Source: a virus. Taken from it: 64,000 nucleotides of DNA. Position 1 is the first letter of the stretch. Each line of letters starts with the position of its first letter. The translations under genes were made by a program, and so were the position numbers. The notes under the pieces were generated by a model. It was not told where the DNA came from. It saw only the letters and a list, made by a program, of their open reading frames with translations, and searched no databases. The DNA is taken from IMG/VR virus record IMGVR_UViG_3300043399_000509, one strand, 5' to 3'. Below, one piece after another: positions 58,591 through 64,000 of the stretch.

Positions 58591-58860
58591 TTAGGCTACC
58601 ATAGCAAGATCATAGTAGCTAATGGACTTCACGCTGTCAAGCCGGAACGAACGCCACTCGCTCTTGTCAAGGTCATAGGCTGCCACAACCTCTTCGTCGA
58701 TTTCACGAGTCTTCTTTGCGGAAGACTTCTTTGTCTTGGGCAGCATATCCTTGGCAAGTGTACAACGCATCGTTCGTTCTGTACCATCTGCCTTCTCAAA
58801 GGTTACCATAGCAATGGCAGACTTCAGGCCAGCAACAACTTCATCACGAATGAGTTCCAT
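58591..58860 (-). CDS. WYL-like/Sm-like SH3 beta-barrel protein (paralogue of 46935-47186)
   Basis: VTFEKADGTERTMRCTL...YDL....WRSFRLD. Confidence 0.75.
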   Translation of the reverse strand: MELIRDEVVAGLKSAIAMVTFEKADGTERTMRCTLAKDMLPKTKKSSAKKTREIDEEVVAAYDLDKSEWRSFRLDSVKSISYYDLAMVA

Positions 58861-58891
58861 AGAGGTCTCCTTTATTACTCATTATGGTAGT

Positions 58892-58920
58892 ATAATAGCA
58901 TAGGTAAAAAGCAAAGTCAA
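58892..58920 (-). promoter_or_regulatory. Early sigma70-type promoter
   Basis: TTGACT-17-TATTAT, extended TG; spacer nearly identical to 53340-53368. Confidence 0.8.
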
Positions 58921-58930
58921 GCACTATTTT

Positions 58931-59194
58931 TTAGACAGGTTGCTTGTACGACTCATAGGAACGAATAGGTGAATGATTCTTTTGCTTTAGAGCTTTGATT
59001 GTATATTCAATGTTCTTGGCTTTGAGTGTATCAACAAGAAGTACCGCATCACAATCTTCTTCAAGGTATGCGGACTTACCACGCTGATATGAGCATTGAG
59101 AAATCTTATCGGCAATACCTAGATCAGCCAGAAGGGTAATCTTTACTGCTACCCAACCGTGACCAGCATCACTGTGATAGTTTAGAGTAAGCAT
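58931..59194 (-). CDS. Conserved phage protein
   Basis: HSDAGHGWVAV...IS..SY.....YLEEDCDA. Confidence 0.7.
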   Translation of the reverse strand: MLTLNYHSDAGHGWVAVKITLLADLGIADKISQCSYQRGKSAYLEEDCDAVLLVDTLKAKNIEYTIKALKQKNHSPIRSYESYKQPV

Positions 59195-59457
59195 TGTGTA
59201 GCTCCACAATCCAAGATTGAATGTACCGAATGGCCCCCAACCCGCCTTCGATCCGACCTATCCATTTGACCACTAACATAGGCTTTTGATGTGTAAGGTC
59301 TTGCCTTGATTACTTTATCGCAGATTATCTTTCTGCCACTGCCATAGATCACTGATATTATTGAATGTGGGTCCAAATCCATACTGGACATGTACACCAT
59401 CTATAGCAGAACGCCAACCACCAATAACACTAATACAGCAAATCTTTGTCATTTGGT

Positions 59458-59574
59458 TTACCCCATCAGGATTCGCTTGAGTTGAGCAATCGACATACCA
59501 GTCATACGAGACAACTGACCCAAAGTCAAGTTGGGATTGCTGTCATATAGATCACGAATCTTTTGAGCAGTCAT
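59458..59574 (-). CDS. 38-aa HTH-like protein
   Basis: MTAQKIRDLYDSNPNLTLGQLSRMTGMSIAQLKRILMG; GAGGAG RBS; first gene after promoter. Confidence 0.6.
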   Translation of the reverse strand: MTAQKIRDLYDSNPNLTLGQLSRMTGMSIAQLKRILMG

Positions 59575-59598
59575 ATCTGTTCTCCTCATTACGCAACC

Positions 59599-59627
59599 AA
59601 TATAGCACGGTCAAATGGGGAAGTCAA
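59599..59627 (-). promoter_or_regulatory. Early sigma70-type promoter
   Basis: TTGACT-17-TATATT, extended TG. Confidence 0.8.
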
Positions 59628-59712
59628 ATACTATTTTTGCATAGCTGCTATGCATTTTTTGATGGGTTGTATAGCGGTCATAAACACTGTTTATGATGGT
59701 TATGGCAGTCAT

Positions 59713-60114
59713 TTAGAGTTTTATATGCGACCTATGTATTCTCACATAGATTTGATCGTTGTAAAAGTTTTCTGATTCAAGGGCATTGTGAAGTATTTGT
59801 TCTTTCAACTCCAGATAACTACAAGTTCCTTTGGTCTTACACAAGTGTAGAATCTCACGACGAAAGCAAGTCACACCAAACTGTTTTACATCTTCTTTGA
59901 GAAGATTGTTTGAACCATAGTAGTTCTGCCAATCGGATTGCTTTGTCACTTTCTTACGGCGTGTCTTACCCTTGACCTTTTTGGTTCTGGTAAAAGAGAA
60001 TAGTTTCTTACCTATGTATTTCTTTTTTGTGAAGATGTTTTCTATGAGATAGACAAAGCCGACATAACCTTCAGCCTGTTCTTCCTTGAACTCCTCACCC
60101 TGATACATCCACAT
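59713..60114 (-). CDS. GIY-YIG-like conserved nuclease
   Basis: GFVYLIEN...KYIGKK...SDWQNYYGS...REILHLC...FYN. Confidence 0.7.
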   Translation of the reverse strand: MWMYQGEEFKEEQAEGYVGFVYLIENIFTKKKYIGKKLFSFTRTKKVKGKTRRKKVTKQSDWQNYYGSNNLLKEDVKQFGVTCFRREILHLCKTKGTCSYLELKEQILHNALESENFYNDQIYVRIHRSHIKL

Positions 60115-60117
60115 TTA

Positions 60118-60318
60118 TTATAAACAGGTTACCTGAAAGTTTGGACAATCCGAGCGAACACATACATATCCCATAGGACCTTTGAAAGAGATATTACATT
60201 TAGGACAAGTAGATACTATATCTGTTATTTGTGTTGGTATAACAGGATTATGTTTCTTGGCTGCCTCAAATCCATCCTTGAATCCATCACGGTATCCTTT
60301 CTTATAATCATCACTCAT
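60118..60318 (-). CDS. Small Cys-rich hypothetical protein
   Basis: GYRDGFKDGF, CPKC, GYVC..DCP; start approximate. Confidence 0.5.
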   Translation of the reverse strand: MSDDYKKGYRDGFKDGFEAAKKHNPVIPTQITDIVSTCPKCNISFKGPMGYVCVRSDCPNFQVTCL

Positions 60319-60475
60319 CTTCGTTTTCCTCATCATATTTTACATCATCATCGTAGGTTTCTTCAGCACAAAATGGACAGAATCTTGGATAGCCAGTAGT
60401 CATAGACATATCAAACAATAACTTGTATGAAGACTCGCAGTGAGGGCAGGTGTGCTTTTCTACTTCTTTGGTCAT
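60311..60475 (-). CDS. Small zinc-ribbon protein
   Basis: CPHC...FCPFC with acidic tail, read by hand. Confidence 0.6.
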   Translation of the reverse strand: MTKEVEKHTCPHCESSYKLLFDMSMTTGYPRFCPFCAEETYDDDVKYDEENEDE

Positions 60476-60533
60476 TAGCATTTCCGTATTTTAGAAAGGG
60501 ATGGGTATTATACCCATCCCTATTTTCGTGTAT

Positions 60534-62462
60534 TTATAGCTCACAGGAACCGCTAACGCAGGCTAATTCTTGAGTACCTGTTGTAGTATCGACCTTTTCA
60601 TAATCAGCAAGTTTAGACCAGTCAACATTTTTAGGCATTTTAGCCAGCAAAGCTTCATATTCTTCTTTAGTACAATCCTGATATGGCATTTGTTTATATG
60701 TTGTATCACTATATGGCAAGAATGATACACCAGACATTTCATCAAAATTCTGCCAGACCCATGCACCAACTTCTGGCCATTCATCTTCCTTTACAGTTAC
60801 TGTGATAGAAGGTTTATGTTCACAGAAATGACGCTGATATGTCAGCCATAGTTCAAGTTGTTCAATGGCAGTCATATCTTTACGGAACACAGCATTTTCT
60901 GGTGCCTTCATTGGGAATGAGAAGACATAGGTATGCTGTGGTTTTGTCACATCATCTTCAACAGGGAAGCCCATATCAAGCATCATCTTTGCCAATGGGT
61001 CTTTCTTGTCTGCCCGTACTGTACGAATGTAGTAAGGGTTATGACGAGCATGAATGCCAGAAGCAGAGTCAACAAGAGCAGAAACTGTGCCTGATGGTTT
61101 TACGCAAGTAATAGCAGCAGACTGAGGAATACCAATCTTATCTGCCCATTCCTTGTTTGTATCAACAGCAGCAACACGCAGACCACTTAGTACATCTTCT
61201 AATGAAGTACCGGCAGCATTACATAGTTTTCCATTAGTATAACCATTATCAAGGATACCAGTCAAGGACACACCAAGTAGTCTTTCTTCCTTGCAGTTTT
61301 CTTCCCACTTCTTTGATATGTACTTGAAGTTTGTTAGGGTAGACTGGATAGTTCCAAGGATTGTGGCCAGACGAACCTTGTTAGCCAATGTCTCTGGTGT
61401 ATCTGTTTCACGCACCACAACTTCTGTAAGATTACAGAACTCACGGGAACGCAGAATGATTTCAGAGCAAGGATTAGTTCCAAAGTCGTGGTTAGGATCA
61501 CGGCGGCCATACTTTTCAGCCTGATCCTTGGATGCTGTACGAGAGAAGATACCACGCTCACCAGACTTTGACTGATAAAGAGATAGCCATTCACGCATAA
61601 ACACACCAACATCAGGCTTTTCCTTTGCCACGAATGAGTTATTGGCTAGAGCACGCTGAACACTATCTTCCCACCAAGCACCAGACTTGGCAGTTCTCAT
61701 CCGATCATCAGAAAGATCAGAGAGAGAAATGAGAGCAGAACGGCGAACACCACCGACAACCACGATCTCCGCAATCTTACATACAATGTCATGGCACTCC
61801 AATGTGTTAAGTCTACGACCAGCAGCACCCTTGAATGTCTTTACAACAAACTCAAAGAGTGAAACAAGTGGTTCTGGGCCAGAGGCACGACCACCAAAAA
61901 CCTTGAGTGGAGCACCAGCAGGACGAACCTTTGACACATCCCAACCAGGAACCTGACCTGAATATAGAAGATGAATGAGTTCCTTCAATGCCTTGGCCCA
62001 ACCAAGCTTACTATCAGCAACAGCAATGGTTGTGTCTGTTGAATGAAACTCCTCAGCAACCATAGGTAGTTGCTCAACAAACTTTGACTCAACAGAGAAG
62101 CCAACGCCTGTGCCATTCATAAGAATGTAAAGGATTTCATCAAAGGCACGGGGACTATCAACAGCAACATAGGAGCAATTATAACCAGCAACATTCTCAC
62201 GCTTCAGTGCTTCACCAGCAGTCATAAGACAACGCATTGATGGCATGATTTCAAGGTTCATCACAGCATCCTTTAGTTCCTGACGAGTCTTTGTGTCAAT
62301 AGTAAAGTTATGCATATCCTTTAGGTGTTCGTCAAAGAAGTTGAAATACCGATCAACAGTCTCACCCCAGTTTTCACGACGATTCTTTTCTGGTAGCCAT
62401 CGTGAATAACGGGAAAGGTGGATGTATTCTTGGTATAAGGTGGGGAAAAAATTGGTAGTCAT
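60534..62462 (-). CDS. nrdJ: Class II (B12-dependent) ribonucleotide reductase, monomeric RTPR type
   Basis: YNCS, VVVGGVRRSA, TNPCSEI, TCVKPSGTVS, HKPSITV, C-terminal CVSGSC. Confidence 0.92.
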   Translation of the reverse strand: MTTNFFPTLYQEYIHLSRYSRWLPEKNRRENWGETVDRYFNFFDEHLKDMHNFTIDTKTRQELKDAVMNLEIMPSMRCLMTAGEALKRENVAGYNCSYVAVDSPRAFDEILYILMNGTGVGFSVESKFVEQLPMVAEEFHSTDTTIAVADSKLGWAKALKELIHLLYSGQVPGWDVSKVRPAGAPLKVFGGRASGPEPLVSLFEFVVKTFKGAAGRRLNTLECHDIVCKIAEIVVVGGVRRSALISLSDLSDDRMRTAKSGAWWEDSVQRALANNSFVAKEKPDVGVFMREWLSLYQSKSGERGIFSRTASKDQAEKYGRRDPNHDFGTNPCSEIILRSREFCNLTEVVVRETDTPETLANKVRLATILGTIQSTLTNFKYISKKWEENCKEERLLGVSLTGILDNGYTNGKLCNAAGTSLEDVLSGLRVAAVDTNKEWADKIGIPQSAAITCVKPSGTVSALVDSASGIHARHNPYYIRTVRADKKDPLAKMMLDMGFPVEDDVTKPQHTYVFSFPMKAPENAVFRKDMTAIEQLELWLTYQRHFCEHKPSITVTVKEDEWPEVGAWVWQNFDEMSGVSFLPYSDTTYKQMPYQDCTKEEYEALLAKMPKNVDWSKLADYEKVDTTTGTQELACVSGSCEL

Positions 62463-62465
62463 ATA

Positions 62466-62816
62466 TTACTCCTTATTGAGTCTTTTATCGATTACTGGCT
62501 TATCACATGCAACAATCAGTTCATCTAAATCATTTCGCATAATCAATAATTGTTTTTTAAGTTCTTTGGTAATGTTATCAATATCATCCTGTAAAACAAA
62601 ATTACACATCAGTTTTATTTTTTGTATTTTATCTTCAATTTGTTCCAAAATATTTTGAGAGTTAATTATAGCAAAATCTGATTCTAACTCTTTTGAAACT
62701 TTATTGAAAGCAAGGTGTGATGCTCCACTTTTATTAATAAAAGTGTTCATCAAGTTTTCATTATTGGTATTATGTTCGCTTAGAACAAGTCTTGGTTCTG
62801 TTGTATGCTTAATCAT
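62466..62816 (-). CDS. Hypothetical protein
   Basis: AT-rich ORF coupled to the HNH gene. Confidence 0.5.
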   Translation of the reverse strand: MIKHTTEPRLVLSEHNTNNENLMNTFINKSGASHLAFNKVSKELESDFAIINSQNILEQIEDKIQKIKLMCNFVLQDDIDNITKELKKQLLIMRNDLDELIVACDKPVIDKRLNKE

Positions 62817-63402
62817 TAATTACTCCTGTATCTTTATTTAAACTATGTTCGTATATTTCTTTTATTTTTTTCAAAAATAAATCTTTTGGTTCACTCATTT
62901 TCATAGAATTACATCTACTACAACATGGTACAGAATTGTCAATAGAATATCCTTTTGAACTATCTATTCTATCAATTCCATTTATAGGAATTTTAATCCC
63001 TACTTGGTTGTGTGATACTCCTTCATGAAGTTTAGGATTGTCTCCACAATAGTGACATTCTTTTTGAACCAAAGATGAAAATTCATCAAAAGTTATTTCA
63101 TAATTTAAATTTTTGAATTTAGCATATCGCTTTTTTTCACCATAAAGAAAATTCAAATAACTATCTTCTGTCCTTTGATTTTTTCCTTTTTCTATTGCTA
63201 AATCTTTTCTTAAACATCCACAACTTTGTGTTTTTCCATTATAGATATAATCTTTTCTTATCCATTTTTCATTTCCACATTCACAACAACATTTTAAAAA
63301 AACCCGTGATACTTTATTTTTACCTACTTTTTTTCTTTTTTCTGGCACATCTAAAATTGTTAATCTTCCTATCTTACTAAATGTTGGTGTGATATATTTC
63401 AT
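62809..63402 (-). CDS. HNH homing endonuclease between thyX and nrdJ
   Basis: GRLT, CECG, SCGC, CHYCG, NGIDRIDSSKGY..DN.VPCC..CN.MK. Confidence 0.85.
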   Translation of the reverse strand: MKYITPTFSKIGRLTILDVPEKRKKVGKNKVSRVFLKCCCECGNEKWIRKDYIYNGKTQSCGCLRKDLAIEKGKNQRTEDSYLNFLYGEKKRYAKFKNLNYEITFDEFSSLVQKECHYCGDNPKLHEGVSHNQVGIKIPINGIDRIDSSKGYSIDNSVPCCSRCNSMKMSEPKDLFLKKIKEIYEHSLNKDTGVIND

Positions 63403-63450
63403 GTACTATTTCTCCAATATTGATATTTGGTAATGCTATTTAGTACATTA

Positions 63451-64000
63451 TTACCAAGGAGAATCATATCCACCTAAAGCATCCCCAATTTTAGGAAACT
63501 TTAAACAAATAATTTTTTTACATTCCAATGCAATATCTCTATGCTCTTTTTGTGTTCCATTTTTTTCTCTTAAAGATATGAAGGTAATCCATGATCTTAG
63601 CGTACCATTCATATAAAGTCTACTGTTAGTTATACCCTCGGGCAAAATGGCACGGGCTTGCTCTTTGGCAATACCATTTTCGATGGCCCATTTGTATGCC
63701 AATGTAATTTCGTGTATGAGTTGTTCCTGTTTTATAACCCAGGTCTTTTGTAGGTCCTCATCTGTAGTTTCGATTGAGTTCTGTCTGTTCTTTGAGTCCT
63801 GTAGACGGGCTTCTCTTATAGTGAAGCCGAGCTGTGTTGGATCAGCATATCTTTGAGAAAACTCTTGGAATGTGAAGCTTCTGTGTCGCAGTATTTGTCT
63901 GGCAATATCTCTGGTGGTATTGATCTCCATAACAACATTTACCATTTCAAAGATAGACCAATGCTTGTTGTCTATACAATACTTGAGAAGTTTTGATGAA
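63451..64000 (-). CDS. thyX: FAD-dependent thymidylate synthase (5' end outside window)
   Basis: HWSIFE, QILRHRSFTFQEFSQRYA, AKEQAR, GTLRSW, TQKEH. Confidence 0.95.
   Translation of the reverse strand, partial: SSKLLKYCIDNKHWSIFEMVNVVMEINTTRDIARQILRHRSFTFQEFSQRYADPTQLGFTIREARLQDSKNRQNSIETTDEDLQKTWVIKQEQLIHEITLAYKWAIENGIAKEQARAILPEGITNSRLYMNGTLRSWITFISLREKNGTQKEHRDIALECKKIICLKFPKIGDALGGYDSPW

Noticed and set aside
60534-62462. Intein or intron in nrdJ
   Set aside because: Continuous 642-aa ORF with motifs at normal spacing
1-64000. Alternative genetic code or suppressor tRNAs
   Set aside because: Core genes are full length in the standard code, all three stops are used, and the tRNA anticodons are ordinary

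Overview
A 64-kb segment of a large T4-like (Tevenvirinae-style) myophage genome. The host is most likely alphaproteobacterial, based on a permuted two-piece tmRNA with an ANDN...LAA tag and a GGCAGUA T-loop. 1-29 kb: tail-fibre, baseplate and tail module (gp8/7/6/25/5/53/48, gp4, gp2, gp54/26/51, a muralytic gp29-like hub). 29-37 kb: gp32, gp59, gp33, tmRNA, RNA ligase, phosphatase, PhoH. 37-60 kb: hyperplastic early region with about 15 sigma70 promoters, four tRNAs, candidate ncRNAs and homing endonucleases. 60-64 kb: class II RNR and thyX. The standout feature is a family of about 24 paralogous 57-114 aa mini-genes built from a Q-V-X-Z tetrapeptide (12-nt) repeat. They are chained by standardised overlapping stop/start junctions (AAT GAA TAG / ATG AAT AGT) and show mosaic exchange. 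They lie downstream of a DUF6745-like gene that lacks its usual internal QV repeat and downstream of its His-rich partner gene. This is a candidate undescribed diversified-module system. All calls are by eye; no searches were run.
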